Source: Marsupella aquatica (Eukaryota > Plantae > Marchantiophyta). Taken from it: a stretch of DNA of 64,000 nucleotides. Under the pieces are notes generated by a model, which worked only from the letters and a program-made list of their open reading frames with translations, was not told the origin of the DNA and did not search any database. The position numbers were made by a program, and so were the translations under genes. The stretch is taken from positions 18,299,880-18,363,879 of the forward strand of contig OZ316895.1 in assembly GCA_973895155.1 (NCBI GenBank), given 5' to 3'. Shown piece by piece: positions 47,429-61,365 of this stretch (positions are counted from its first letter, which is position 1; every line of letters begins with the position of its first letter).

Positions 47429-50400
47429 ATGGCTCAAAATATCATTGTCACGAGGAAGGACACTCGGGATGTAATCACAATTCCCGTTCTCGACTCATCT
47501 GAATCAAAGCGTGTTTCAGAGGAATATTTGGGAGTGAGATTTGATGTCGCTAAGGAGTCTATTTTAGCAATCTCGTTAGTGTCGGTTTGTTTGGGGGAGA
47601 CTCCAGTTTTCTACGATGTTGTTCATGGTCAAAGATATTGGACTCTGGAGGCTCAAAAAGAATATGAGCTTTTTGTGTTGAGTGATTTTGGGGCCTCCTA
47701 TACTCGTCCTCCCACAGCAGCTGAACTCGATGTCATCGAACTCTCGAAAAGTTTTGGAGATGATAAGCAAGCGACAACTACTCTTGGAGAAAAAATTCCA
47801 GTTTACCCATCCGAGGTTAAAAAGGAATCTAATGCAAATCAAGAAAAGATTGTGCCTTTGACTGTGTACCGGCAGAGTGCAATGGATACAATCTTGAAAT
47901 CCAAAGGTCATAGTGAATTGTCTCGGTTTATAAGGGGGAGTGATTTTGTTCATCACGTAGTGCCTAGTCTTCCCACGTCTTACAATGGGAATGTGGTTTT
48001 TGAGTTACCCCCGGTAGACTGTGTGAACGCAAAAGGTGAACGTTTGAAAGATATGGGTCGCGGTAAGGATTGTTATTATTGGACTCACATTGTGAAAACG
48101 TCTTCAAATGTTCTTCCAAAGAAAATGTGGGATTTCGGGAAAGTCCAGTGTACGGGATCTCTGCAGTGTCGAAATAATGCTTGTCCGTGGTGGAAAGACA
48201 ACAAGTTTCAAAATAATGAGATGTGGGCAAGAACCCCAAAACTTTTGGGCCCATTCCGAGTTGGGGAATTGATCTCCAAAGGTGGAGTTGTTTGTCACCA
48301 TTGCTCCGAACCTCCGATGTGGTTGAGGCCTGCCCTGCTCTAATGTTCTACATGTATCCATCTGCAAAAGTTGACGTTAAGTCTTTGGCCCACATGTCGC
48401 GACTAGCTGTTCATATGGGATTTCACAATCACCCCAGTTGACGGGTATTTTCGAGGGAGGCAGAAAAGGTTGCAAGGTCTCATCAAGAGAAGGGATTCAC
48501 TGCAAACCCCATGGCATCCCCAGCAGGGATAAAAAACTCTACGACTGAGACACTGTCGACTACATTTTGCGAGGCCTCTATTGAAGAAATCTCTCTCAAA
48601 GAACAGAAGGAAATTTGGGAGTCCCTGATGGTCGTGGCATCTCCTCAGAAGTTTGCATCCGTGTTAAGGAGTGTCCATCAAGATCAGAAGGGGAAAGGGG
48701 AACTGGAATTCCTTGTGAGGATGCAAAAGTGTATCCGACTGCCTTTTCTTCATAGGTTCTTGCTCCCTGGTCAAGGCTACCGGGACGAGAGTGCTCATAT
48801 CTTTAAAATGATCGTAAAAGGTGACGAGAGTGGTTTGGACCTTGTCACGCGATTGACATGGGTCTTAACACCAAAAATGTCACTATGGGTGCCAAAACCA
48901 TCTCCTTGTACCTGAGGATCACGAAGGGATGTTGTGAAGGCCGGTAAACACCAATTTATGCCCTTAACACCAGACTATCATAACAAGACTCCGTCACACA
49001 TCACCCAAGCTCAATCCCTAAGAACCAAGGTTGGGAATCAGATCCATGCTCATGATAGTTCTGGTGATAAGGGGTCTTCATATCGGACCCGTACACACAG
49101 GGCCTAACGCTATGGTGCGCATATGTCTATACGTATGCTTACTGTCATAGGTATATTTCTATTCCGCCGCCAAAATGTACCCATAAACCAGTGACTCCTG
49201 ACTGATTCCCGGCTTAGGGACTTCTAAGCCATTGCCCCACCACTCTGCCATTCCACTCCCAGCAATCAGAGCTGTGACAGCCCTCACCCAACCCGCTTCA
49301 ATGCACCCTGTACACCTCTCAGTGGTGCTGCTAGTTCCATCATACACTTAGATTGCCTCATACACACACACATCCATGAGAGAAATGAGGCCTGAGAGGA
49401 AAACTCAATTAGATTCAAAGATGTGCACAATAGTTCACTAAGAACACTTGATCCGAACACTAGGGCCGAAGGCTGTCTCCTCCAGATTGTGACGTGCTTG
49501 CCCCGCAAGCCCCATGCTTGCCATGCAAGCTCAATCCTGAACCTGAGCCCGGCTCACTCCAGATTGCGACGGCAGATTGGACTCAAACCAATCCCGTACT
49601 TGCCTTGCAAACTCAATCCTGAACTCAACCTCCTTCATTGCACTTCATTCTTGGGGGCACATACAGATCTCACACCTCCAATTCAGAATGTCAAGTTACG
49701 CATGCATAGTTGACTCGACTTCAAAGCTGGTACCAGGCCTAACGGCGATCTACCCCAGACTGCAATGAGGCCCGGCCTCACGCTTGCCCTACAAGCTCAG
49801 CTCTGGCCATAGATCCCTTAGTGCTCTCCACCAGACAAAGGCCGGGACTCCCCATGGATCACGTAGCCTTGCCAGACTGAACTGTAAATGCTCCTCCTGC
49901 TGCCCCTTAATCAGTACCTCAGCCTCCCTAATGTGCCCACCGCAAATCGAATTGAAATCCTCCCCACAGTTTACAATCACCAATACATCACCTATCACCA
50001 AGGCTCTGTATCGGGGGAAAAGAACCCAGTTGTGCTGCCCACTAGAAAGAGCCACAATCCAGCTCGCAAACCTAGCAACCCGTTGCTGTGAAGCTTGGCT
50101 GATTACTCCCTGAGTAATAGCACAACCAAGCTCTCCCCAACACGCGGCGTCCAAGTCCAGCCTTGCTTGCACAGAGCTCCTCCCTGCTGCTCAGTCTAAG
50201 TGAGATCACACAACTGAAGTCCCCCCCCTGCCTCTACCGGGGGGCTGCTCTATATACTCTCATACTGAGCCCAAATGGGTGGATACTACGCTGCTAGAGC
50301 CCCATCCCAGCCCTAACAGAGCCGCCACTATCTCTAACTACTGAACCCTAACTCGCAACTTTATTTCTATCTCGAATTGGCTATGTACTTCGGATTTGGC

Positions 50401-53400
50401 CCTCCTCCATGGTTTTCGTGAGCTTGCGCCTCCTCTCCCGATTTCTCTATTCAACCATTTGCTGCGTGGATAGCAGCGTTGGAAGCGGCTTGAGCTCCTC
50501 TTTCCAACGAGGTCAATTATAGCCAATTTGGTCAAATACACAGAGAGTTATCCCCCCGCAACCGAGAGGGGATATTCACTGTTGCGCTAACCCAAGTTTG
50601 GCTAACCTAGCTATCCTATCTAACCCGAGTAGAGCTAACCCATGGTCTCGGGTTAGGCCGCTACCCGCTATCCACTATCTGCTAACCTAGCCTAAGCTGA
50701 GCCCGAACCCGAGCTTACCTATGCTAACCTGAGCCTGAGTTTAGGCTAACCCGAGTTAAGTCTAACCCGGGATCAATCTAATCCGAACCCGGGTTAAGCC
50801 TAAGCTGAAGCTGTGCTTACTTGAGCTAAGCTGAAGCCGTGCTTACCTGAGATAAGCTGAAGCCGTGCTTACCTTAGCTAAGCCGTGGCCGAGCTTGGGT
50901 TAACCCGAAATTGAAGCCGAACCCGCTAATTCCGGCCACAAGTTAACCCGTCACACTAATCAGGTTATATCTTCCTTAATACACCTCCGTTTCCTGAGTG
51001 TTTTATATCGATTTTACTCGCCTTGACCAGATCTTTCTAATGCTCTTTACAGATCCGGATTTCGTGACATATTGAACGAGATATGGTCGCCGACCACCCG
51101 CGACATAGCCTTTTATTTCCCTAACATTCTAAGACTAGACTATGAACCACTAACCTAACTAACAAAATGAAGCTACACACCCAAGACATTCAAATTTTAT
51201 CATGAGAACAATCACCATACCACACAGCTTCATATTCAGTTATGGAGACTCGCTTCCTCCTCTCTTCCCCAACTTCTCCTTTGTGGCCTTGACAGTGACT
51301 ACCTCAACTGTGTCTACCTTGGTTGTGCAGTCTTCAAGCTGAAATACCTTTATCCCTACTCTTAACGCCATGATTGCCCTTATTCTTGCCAGCTTGCTAA
51401 TTGTTATGCGGTATCAATAGCTACTCCTTGCATACAGCAACCTAGTTACTCAGATTATAGAATAAGGACCATGTCATCGGCGTCACAGACCTGCTCCAAA
51501 GAATGAAACCTGGTGGGTCGTTAGAGGGTTCATGGGTAAGTTTTGACGTGATGCATCGAAACACGGCAGATTGGCTTACTTTCAGTGCCCATGTATATGA
51601 TCATCATTACCGGGTACTTTGCACCATATTCACTTATGAGCTAAAGGCCAAAGATGCAAAATCTCTGGAGAGAGCCTTGCGTTTGATGCTAGAGGTTGTT
51701 GATGAAAATGGTTTACAGGATGTTACAATTCGGGGATTCATGGCGGACAATGCTCAAGCTGGTTGGAATGCAGTTCAAAATGTGTTCTTTGACGGTGTAC
51801 CCGATCCAGAGCGAGAAAGATCAGATGCCTTTCATTTTTTCCAATCTTTTCATCGTCATTCCCGAGAAGGTGTGAAAGATGGAAAGCATGGAGAGCACAA
51901 GGAGATGTGGGATCGTCTTCGGAACGTGCCAACTTTCTTGAAAGCATATCGAATCTCGAGGGAAATCGATGACTGTTGGAGGTTTGGCAATTGTCACTCA
52001 GGCAAACTTCAAATGCTGCAAGGGTGGCTGTCTTGGTGGGTTGTCCGATGGAGACAATGGGGGAACTTCATTAGATTGGTGAATTATACACTGCTCTAGG
52101 ATGCATGTTCCCATTAATAGCGCTCGGCGCTAGTGAAGCATGTGTGAGACATAAGAGTTCCTTATCCGCAAGAGTAGTGTCGAGCGCTAATAATCTGTTT
52201 GGACTGTGAGTGATGTAAGGACTACCTTTATTCTGTGTTCAACGGTACTTTACATGGAAATATCATCATCAGTTTATTAGCGTCTGGCGCTACTGTTATT
52301 TCCATTGTGTTGCCACTTTTGTGTGCAATTTCATACATGTACTAAACCCTTGCGTGCAATGTTTCAGAGCAAGAGTGTCGAAGAAGGTGGGATGATTCCT
52401 AATTGTACTGGTTTGGAATCTAGGCATGCTGGAATGAAAGCATGGCAACAGAATAAAAAGGTTGGTCTATTTGAAGGATGCAAAACGGACCAAAATAGAG
52501 CGGTTGCTCAAATTGTTGCTTATACTGCATACAAAAGGGGATTGAGCAGAGGAACTGGCCCAACTATTTTTGAGCTTGCCTTCAGATCGGCGGACCTGGC
52601 GGGGTCACCGCGTCTCTTTGAGGAAGCCACCAATCTCCTCCTGTCGAACGCTGCTGAGTTTGATTTGGAAAGAAGCATTCCATTGAATGGTGATGTTGTA
52701 ACTCGATTGGTGAAACGAAAAGGACATGCAACTGGGAACGTCTCGGCAGAAGACTCGCACAGGCATGATACCATCCTTGTTACTTCACCAAATACAAAAG
52801 GTTTGAAAAGGAGAAACCTGCATTCCACTGATTTCAAGAAAATGCCTTCTATGCCTTCAACCGGTGGAATTGATGCGGTCCATAATTTGTCAGAAAGCAA
52901 TGCTTCTGAGGAAGTTGTGGTCATTGACACACCTTTGCGTCGAGCAACAAGATCCTCTGTCCCACCAGTGACCCCCGCAAGACCTGTCGAGACTGCATAT
53001 TGTCATTCAGTTTCCCCAATGGAAAGTGAAGTCCCTCCCGGTGCCTGGCAGTTGCGTCGGACCTCAAAACGGGGTGCGGGTCCAGTGTGTAACGGAACCC
53101 TTGGACGGGGAGGGAGTCGTGATGAATGTCGAAATCGAGTAAAGAAGGTAGGCCTTCCGAATCCAGATGGTGTTGTTGCAATTTCCGTGAGAGGATGCAG
53201 AATGTTTAGGGGGCAACCTTATAACGATCAGATATGGTTTTGCCCCAACAACCACTATCACCGAAGCACAACAAGGAGAGGAGTCTCGAACATTCTCAAT
53301 GTTCCTTCACATCTCCCAATTGCCAGAGGGACCAATCTTTCTGGAGCAAAGATTCAATTTTTGAAAGAACAAGGACTTATTCTCTCCAAAGGCTGTGGAG

Positions 53401-53894
53401 ATGAAATCGAAGCACCATTGCCTTCTGCGTTACGGATTGATGTCAATCTTTTCCGGGAGAGGATCAACCTAACTGACCCATCTATGAGGTGCGCTTCAAG
53501 GAACAGGAAGAAATGCTTGCAAAGAGTGCATCTTACCCAAACACATTTGAAGAGAATTGAAGCCTCTGAAAAAGAAGTCATGAGCGTCATTGGAGAGAGA
53601 GAGATCATGAGTGGAAATGCGTCGAGGAAATAGTTTTGTATCCGGACCCATGAACATGAGAGATCAGTCGCCTCTTATTGGGTTCAGATATGTTGTTTCC
53701 CATGTTGCTCCTGCGAGGATTTCTACCATCGGCATACTTATCGAAAGCCTTACATGCCTTGCAAACATGTTTATTGGGTGTTCAAGAATGTGTTCAAACT
53801 GGATGTGCTCGATTTGACATTATGTAGCCAGCCAATTCTAATGTTGGGAGAAGTCCATTACATACTTGATAGGCAGTTGGGAACGACAATGTAG
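47429..53894 (+). pseudogene. Transposase T, copy C, interrupted by solo LTR
   Basis: ORFs 47360..48343, 48511..48915, 51503..52099 and 52305..53633 plus SWIM tail to 53894. Intron 52079-52367. Removing the LTR restores SGLDL-LQRMKPGG. Confidence 0.88.
48843..51487. mobile_element. Solo LTR, family 1, second copy (inverted relative to 2255-4762)
   Basis: TGTCAC...GTCACA with TSD GACCT (48838-48842 and 51488-51492); colinear with the rc of 2255-4762. Confidence 0.88.
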
Positions 53895-55035
53895 ACTGTT
53901 TCTTTATCGTTGAACAACTACAATTGTAGTTTGTCTTTTCGAACGGGCAGAAGTGTGAGTTCTTAAAGTGTTGTTTTTTTAGTATAATACAATACTAGCG
54001 CCGGGCATTAGTATTGTATGACTTTGTTTTGACTTCATATTTCGTTGCAATATATTGGAGTCCTTGTGTGAAATCGTCAAGAAATTTCCTCTGATGTTGT
54101 ACAATGGTTGGACCCACCATAATATTGTCCGCACAATTATTGCATATATGGACGCTACATACCCTGAAGAGAAGAAACTAAAATGCATACAAGAAAAAAA
54201 ATACTCGTACAAGAAAACATAAACTCATACAAGAAAACAGAAACTCGTACGAGTAAATAGATATGCTCATACGGGTAACTTGTTTACTCGTACGAGACAA
54301 AATTTTGCTTGTACGAGGCAAAATTGGCTCGTATGAAATGTTGTGTCTGAAGGTGCCTGAACAGGAGTACTGGGCGGAGCTGAAAGGACTGAAGCACTTT
54401 GGTTCTGTCTCGTGTGGATCTTTGGATTGACTTTGCTAGTCGTTCTTGTTGCTTTGATCTGCTTGCCTTTCACCTCCGGAGTGGAGGTACTCACCGCTAT
54501 CCTACGAAACAAATTTGAGTGCTTTGGGCTGTGGAACAAAGAAGAACGAACACATTAGCAAGAATTAGGGTCTCGACGTTCTTATGATAAAACACGGTTA
54601 AGGTTCACCGGTTTAGGCGCTTCTCATGGGCGGAGGTTTAATGTGAAGGAGTCTTGAGCTTTTGGAGAAAGGCAGGATCGCGAGGGTTTAACACAACGGG
54701 AGATTACGCATTTGGGAGAGGCAGCTCCTTTGCCTTTTTGGGGGGCGCCTTCATCTTTTTGGAGCTTGGGCATGATCTCGTGAGTTTCCTGCGGTGCAAC
54801 TGTGCGAACGACAATTAGTGTCGGGCTACCGGCGGAGTGATTTTGCGTGAAGAGATGGTGCACTCGGGAGAGACAAAATCTCTACCTGCTTGGGTGGTGT
54901 CTCATATCGTCTGCAGCTCTGGTATGCTCAAATGAGTTATACGAGGTGCTACTGCGCGAGGAAGATTGGAGCAGATCAGCAACACCTGCTTATGTGTATT
55001 GCTTTTGGTGAGCTCTTGACTTTCTTCCCTGAAGA

Positions 55036-57374
55036 TTGGTTGTCTTTTACTTGCACTCGAGTGCCCATCCTAGTAGAAAAACTGAATTCTACGTCGATTC
55101 TCTGTTGACCATCCGGGGACCCTCTTCTCCCAGTACCTTTTGCAATTCGGGCCACGATCCTTCGACCCATATCCTATTACGGGTGGCGGAGCACATGTCT
55201 TATCAGCCGAGGAGCTTGCGGAACTTTGCGGGTCAGGGTGTCCCTATGACTGGCCCTGCTTATCCCCGTGAGGGCCAGGTGCGGCGTGATGCTACTCAAT
55301 ACGACGCTGAAGGTGGAGCCGGACATTGGGTGGATCCTAGGTCTAATGCTCGACAGACATTTTCTGACCATGGCCCTACTGCACTCCATGTTGCACCACT
55401 CAATGAGCGGAGCTTCTCGGGCCAGGATGCTTGGTCCGATTTGACTAACACTCGGCGCCCAGCTCCCCAAGTACCGCATGCCCCTTGCATTGACTCTGAG
55501 CCCAATCAAAGTTGGTTTGGTCTGCGCCCGACGGGAGATCACACTGATGGCTTTTCACGATGGGATCAACCGCGAGCTCAAGCAGTGGTATCAATGGATG
55601 AATTAGAAGGGCGACAGAAGCCTGCTTACGGTGATTTCTATAGAGAAGATATTGGGGAAAGGATTGGCCAGGATGAGCAAGATATGCACATGGAGGACCT
55701 GCAAGAGAACGATGCTTTGGCTCGTGAGCGGGATCAGACGATGGCTCAGCACAGGGCGGAGGAGGCTGAGGCTTGCATTCCCCTCCTTAGACGCATTTCA
55801 GATCTGTCAGTCCAGGACTGGCCATCTAAGCTCCATACCACTATTCAATGGTCTTTGGAAGAGGCGGCAGAGACAGTGACTGAACTATATAATTGTTCTA
55901 TGATGTGCTATTTTACTGACCGTGCCCCCATGCTACCCACCTTTAAATTATGGGTGGAGAAGTCCTTTGTAACAGAGATGAATTGGCCTGTGTCTCAGGT
56001 GAAATTCGTAGGGAAAATTTTTATATGGTAGTTTTTAAGTATCCTGAACACTGGGACTTTGCACTGGCAAGTGCCCCGTGGTTCTTAGAGCAAAAATTTG
56101 TATTCACATTTCCATGGGACCCTTCCTTCGACATCAGGAGTGAATCATACACGTTACTACCAGTATGGATTGAGATTCCGTTCCGTGCTTTGCTACTTGA
56201 ACCTTGTCATCGAAAGCTTGCTGCTTCTCTGGGTGACATCCTTCACTACATTCAGGGGGATGATCTGAGCTCATATCCACATGACAGGGCCTGTGTACTA
56301 TGGGATACTAAGCGGGAGGTGCCTTTGAGCGTGGAGGTACAGATCAAGGCTGACCTTTCTATCTGGCAACCGGTAATATTTAAGAACATCCCCTTTCATT
56401 GCTTTAACTGTAACAAGAAGGGCCATCTCGCCAAGGACTGTTGCCTTCATGAGGAGTCAACTGCCAATACTATGGCAAACGTGCTGCCAACTCCATTGGT
56501 GCCTGAAACTACCGAGCCGTTGGCTGCTGCAACTTTGGAGAGGGACGGTATTGCTTCTGCTTCTGCTTTTGTTCCACAGGATCGACCTCTGGCTAGTTCT
56601 TCATTGCCCTCAGCAGCCATGAGGAGTGTCCTACCCTTGGTTCAGAAACAACCTGCGCTGGCCGAAGGGGACTTTGCTCTTTTTGGGAACCCCCCGGATC
56701 TTGTTGGAGATTCTCGTTTAGTTGTAATTGACAGGGCTATTGATGAATCCACAGAAGCTATGGATCTGAGAGTGACTTCTGTACATCTTCTATCAGATTC
56801 AAGTGCCATCCCAAAGGTTATCCAGGACCTGCAAGTCATGAACAGGAGTGAAGTTGTTCTTGACACTGCCGCTGAACCGGAGACCCTTATCGAGCATTCT
56901 GAGATTTTGCATCACTCAACACAACTTGTTGAAACGCCAGTAATCTTGCTGCTGACTACGGGGGCTTCTGATGACATGGATGAGGTGGAGGAAGATCTTT
57001 CAAACCCTGAAATTCCCTCTGACATGGAGGTGTCTGAGTATGAGGGCTTCATTACTCGTACCTCACAGAAGAAGGAGAGAGCTCGAAAGCTAGCCAGAAG
57101 ATCACCTCCAGAAGATAAGAAAAAAGAAAAGGAAAAGAAGAAAGCAAAAAATCAGAAATCCTTACAATTTGCCCCTGATTCCAACCTGCAGGATGTTGAA
57201 GGATGGGTGACACCTGGACAGAAGCAGAGTCGTGAACACAAGAAGAAATCTGGGAGCTCCCCTCTAAAGGAGATTGATGCTGGGACTATCGCCCGTGAAG
57301 CTCCCCTCGACATGGTACCTGATTCCCCTGGTGACTTGCCGGTGGTGAATGCAAGTTCTACCACCTTCATTTAG
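55036..57374 (+). pseudogene. L1 ORF1 (DUF4283-like region + CCHC zinc knuckle), frameshift near 56020
   Basis: ALASAPWF..W.P.F..PVWIEIP and CFNCNKKGHLAKDC. Confidence 0.85.
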
Positions 57375-57447
57375 ATTGTATGCTGAGCTTGTGAAGGCGG
57401 GCTGCATCAGCAAGGGTATATTCATTGATGAGTGGGAGCCAGGTGAA

Positions 57448-60400
57448 ATGGCACTTTTAAATTTTGCTTCTTGGAATGTCTGTGGTTTATGTGACCCAGA
57501 CCGGAAAAATGTTGTCATGAAATGGACCTCTTCCTTGAGACCGCCACTGGACGCCCTTGCCTTGCAAGAAGTCAAGGCTGACAGTTTTCGTTTAGATCTG
57601 GCCCTACGTACTATTTTACCTCAATATCAACATTTCTACTCTGCCCCTAAGGAAGGCAGAGGGGGTATAGCCATCCTCCTCAACCCTTCTTATAAAGTTC
57701 TAGCATCTGGTAAATTAGACTGTGGTCGTGCTATTTGGGTCCAACTGGAGCATCCAGAAGGGAATTTTGGGCTGATCAGTGTGTATGCGCCTAATTCCGA
57801 TGGTGAGAGAGCTTTGCTGTGGAATGACCTGAGAAATGAACTTCCGCAAGATAGATGGGTACTATGTGGAGATTTCAATATGACTGAGCTACGGGCGGAC
57901 TCCAGTGGCCCCTCCCCACTGATTCATGGACGGGAGCTTGAGTTCTGGCGCTTCCTAAAGCTCCGTTTGGATCTGCAAGATGCTTATTTTGTTCTTGGCC
58001 AGGTGACTGGCTCACGATTTACTTGGCGAAGGGTACGGAATGGTGTACTGGTCCAATCTTGCCTGGACTGCTTTTACTTCTCAGAGAAAGGAAGATGGAC
58101 TGAAGAGCTGGTTGAACTCACACATGATGGATCTTCAGCACTTTCTGATCATGATCCAATACTTATCTCTTTTCGTCTAACGCCTATTCTTCTGACTGAG
58201 TCGAACCAACGTAGAGTTACGTACTTTAAGGCCAACCCTGCGGTGCTTCGGAAAAATGAGAATCTTGAATTGTTGGCTGCTGCTTGGTCAGGAACTGAAC
58301 CTCCCCCTACTGACCCCCATTTGCACCTTACTCAAGCTTCACAGAGGTTCCGACAATGCTACATGACACTGCAAGCTTCCCCCCTTCCCCGTGAAGAGGA
58401 GCTATGAATACTGCGCGACAGGCTCCGACTTTTGAAGATCACCATCATGGATGATTATTCGCCTAACAATATCAAGGATTTTACTTGCACGGGGGATAGT
58501 GTTAGGGCCTTCAAGCTGGAGGAAGCCCATCACTGCCGTAGACTATCCAGAATCAAATGGTTGGGGCAAGGAGACGAACCTTCTAAATTTTATTTCTCAA
58601 CGGTGAAAGCCAAAAGAAAGAGAGAAAATGGAATACCTGTTAGCTGAAGGAGGGAGAGAAATTCGTGATGAGAATCTTATCGTACAAGAGGTACAAACTT
58701 TCTGCGAAGACCTACATTCACCCCCAGACCAGGATACTGAGACCCTTAGGAAGATGCACTCTGCACGGAGAGTGCTGACCCGAGCAACTCACTTTGCCCC
58801 ATCGGCTGCAGAGATCAAAATGCTGGAGGAACTTCCTTCTGCATGCGAATTACAGGAGACTCTTATGCTACTCCCTAATGACAAGGCTCCTGGCATAGAT
58901 GGGATGACGGCAGAGGTATTTAGAGCTTGTTGGCATTTTCTACAAGCAGACTTTCATGCTATGATCTGTGATTTCTGGCGAACTAGGAATCTGGCCTTCT
59001 GCATCAAGGAAGGGGTAATTTGATTTATACCGAAGAAAACCGACAAACGCCGCCTGGGCGATTGGAGAGCACTAACAATGTTGACCACCACCTACAAGAT
59101 CCTTGCCAAATTGGTGGCCCTACGTCTGAGATTACTCCTGCCCAAGCTGATTAGCCCTCAGCAAACTGGGTTCATACCTAGTAGACACATTCTGGAAAAC
59201 ATCTCCCTCACATGGCTCACCCACGACTGGATCAACTGTACTGGAACTCCTTCGCTTTTTCTCAAATTGGATTTCGAAAAGGCTTTTGATAGGGTAGATC
59301 ACTCATATATTTGGGAAACCATGTATTTGTTAGGGATCGGACCTCATTTCATCTTCCTTGTTAAATCTCTACTCAGTAATGCTTGCTCTAAGGCCTTGGT
59401 GAATGGATTATGGACTGCTGACATTCAGATGCGCAAAGGGGTACGGCAAGGCTGCCCTCTCTCTCCTCTGCTCTTTGCTATTTCTACACAGCCTCTTATG
59501 GACTTCCTCAAGGCTGAGATTACTGCTAGTCGACTACAAGGGATACAAATCTCCCGGACACTAAACATCTGCTATAGGCTACTTGCGGATGATTTAGGCC
59601 TCTTTATCCCAGCCACTGCAATGGCCTTTGAACAGGCAAGATGTGCTATCCACTATTACAAATGTGCAACAGGTGCTAAGCTCAATCTGAGCAAGTCGGT
59701 GGTTGTGCCTCTAGCTCTGGAGGAGATTCCTGTGTGGCTGCAGAGCACTGGTTGTGTGATTAGCAAGGAAGGGGAGATACAGAAATATCTCGGGGCACCT
59801 TTTGGATTTGGTCTTTCAGAAGCACAACTGCACTGCTTTTGTCTGGATCGCATCAGTGCTAGACTCTCCTCCTGGACAACCCGGCTCCTTTCATTCACGG
59901 GCCGTGTCTTGCTGGTTAAACATGTTCTACAAGCTATCCTTGTTTATCATATGATGTTTCTTAAATCCCCTACTGCCTTGGCCAAGAAACTGATTGCTTT
60001 GAGTCGGGTCTTCCTGTGGGGGATTAACAAGCAGGGCGGGAAGCGGATACCACTGGTTGCATGGCACAAGCTCTGCCGACCCAAGGTAGATGGGGGCCTT
60101 GGACTTAAGGAATTTCGCAGTCATTCCGATGCCTTATTGAGCAAGTGGTTCAATGGGGCCTTGGATCATCCGGAGGCTGAGTGGTCGTAGATGTATGCAA
60201 CAAACTTACTACTGACAAAATGACATAACTTCAAGACAGTGCGCAGGAATTGCTACTCATTGTAGGATAAACTACTTTTGAGCACTCCACGCTCTTTTGG
60301 TAAGCTTACCTATACTGGACAGATCTGGAGTGCCTGGAAGCAGGTGCGACGACATTTGGTTTTCTATCCAATTACCAGTGCTATCCCGGGGCACTGGGGA

Positions 60401-61365
60401 GTTGAAGACTTACTCCGGTGTCTACATGGATTCTATAATCTTTCTGAAAGGACAAGGGCAGATGTTGTTATGGTCTGTGGCAGGTTAGGGATGAGGACGG
60501 TCCAAGATTTCTGGTCTGCACCCCATAACGATTGGAAGTGCCTCACTGATAGGATGCAAAGGCTACGTGGGTTAACCGAGGTTAATAGGACCTATTGCCT
60601 GGCCTTTTTTGCTGCAATTCAGAGAACTGTATTTCTTGGGAACAATTTGGATTCATCTGCTAGGAAGTGGCGCTGGAATGATGTGGATTCTCAAATTAAA
60701 TCTTTTGCCTTACCAAACCATAGAATCTACAAATTACTGCGCACTAAGGGATCAGACTACCTCAGATTCAACAAGATCTGGGAAGTTTCATTATCTGTTT
60801 CTGAATGGAGTGATGCCGGTAGATACTCTGGATCTCTGACCTCTCCTCTAAGGCTAAAACCTTTCTATGGAGGATTATCGCCCAGGGCCTCTTTTCAGGA
60901 TCTAGAGCATTGCAAATTGCTAAGTCTGATGGACTCTGTGCGCTCGGATGTGGAGTGGTGGAGAACATTCCACACATTTTCTTTCACTGTCGGCATGCAC
61001 TTAACTATTGGAATGAGGTTAGCGGATGGCTCAATGGTGAGCTTACTGACCAACCTGTGACTATTATTGGCCTCCTCTTGTCCTATCGACGGAAATCACC
61101 TCTATGTACGCTACGTGTTTATCTGATCTATGAGATTCTTTGTAGCATATGGCTAGCACGGAATGGACAAACCTTTGATCTATCCCGGAAGCGTATTTTC
61201 AACCCAATTTCAGCTATCTATGAGACTCTAGATCATCTGTCTGCCGTTGCTGCTACAGCTGGCTCTAGCCGGAAGCATACCCGACTGGTTAGTGCGGTTT
61301 CACTCTTGGAGGGTGAAAGAGATAGAATTTTGAGGACTGATGTTAGACAGGTAGAATCTGGATGA
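57448..61365 (+). pseudogene. L1 ORF2 (APE endonuclease, reverse transcriptase, zf-RVT), with stops/frameshifts
   Basis: SWNVCG, LQEVK, VYAPN, GDFN, SDHDPI; KAPGIDG, KLDFEKAFDRV, RQGCPLSPLLF, LADD, KYLG; CALGC..ENIPHIFFHC. Confidence 0.93.

Larger units (their letters stand above)
852..54010. repeat. Dispersed 15-bp palindrome TAGCGCCNGGCGCTA (~45 copies including variants) in non-coding parts of the Mutator-like family
   Basis: Copies start at about 852, 999, 1102, 1166, 1536, 5144, 5215, 5276, 7643, 8871, 9006, 9912, 11364, 12148, 12211, 13370, 13560, 13656, 16130, 16195, 16300, 18000, 18120, 19045, 19845, 19918, 21085, 21149, 25016, 26203, 27119, 27149, 28400, 43729, 45799, 45876, 47112, 47176, 47241, 52118, 52175, 52278 and 53996. 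Confidence 0.92.

Noticed and set aside
2255-51487. The two family-1 LTRs as ends of one giant element
   Set aside because: Each has its own distinct 5-bp TSD and interrupts a different transposase copy.
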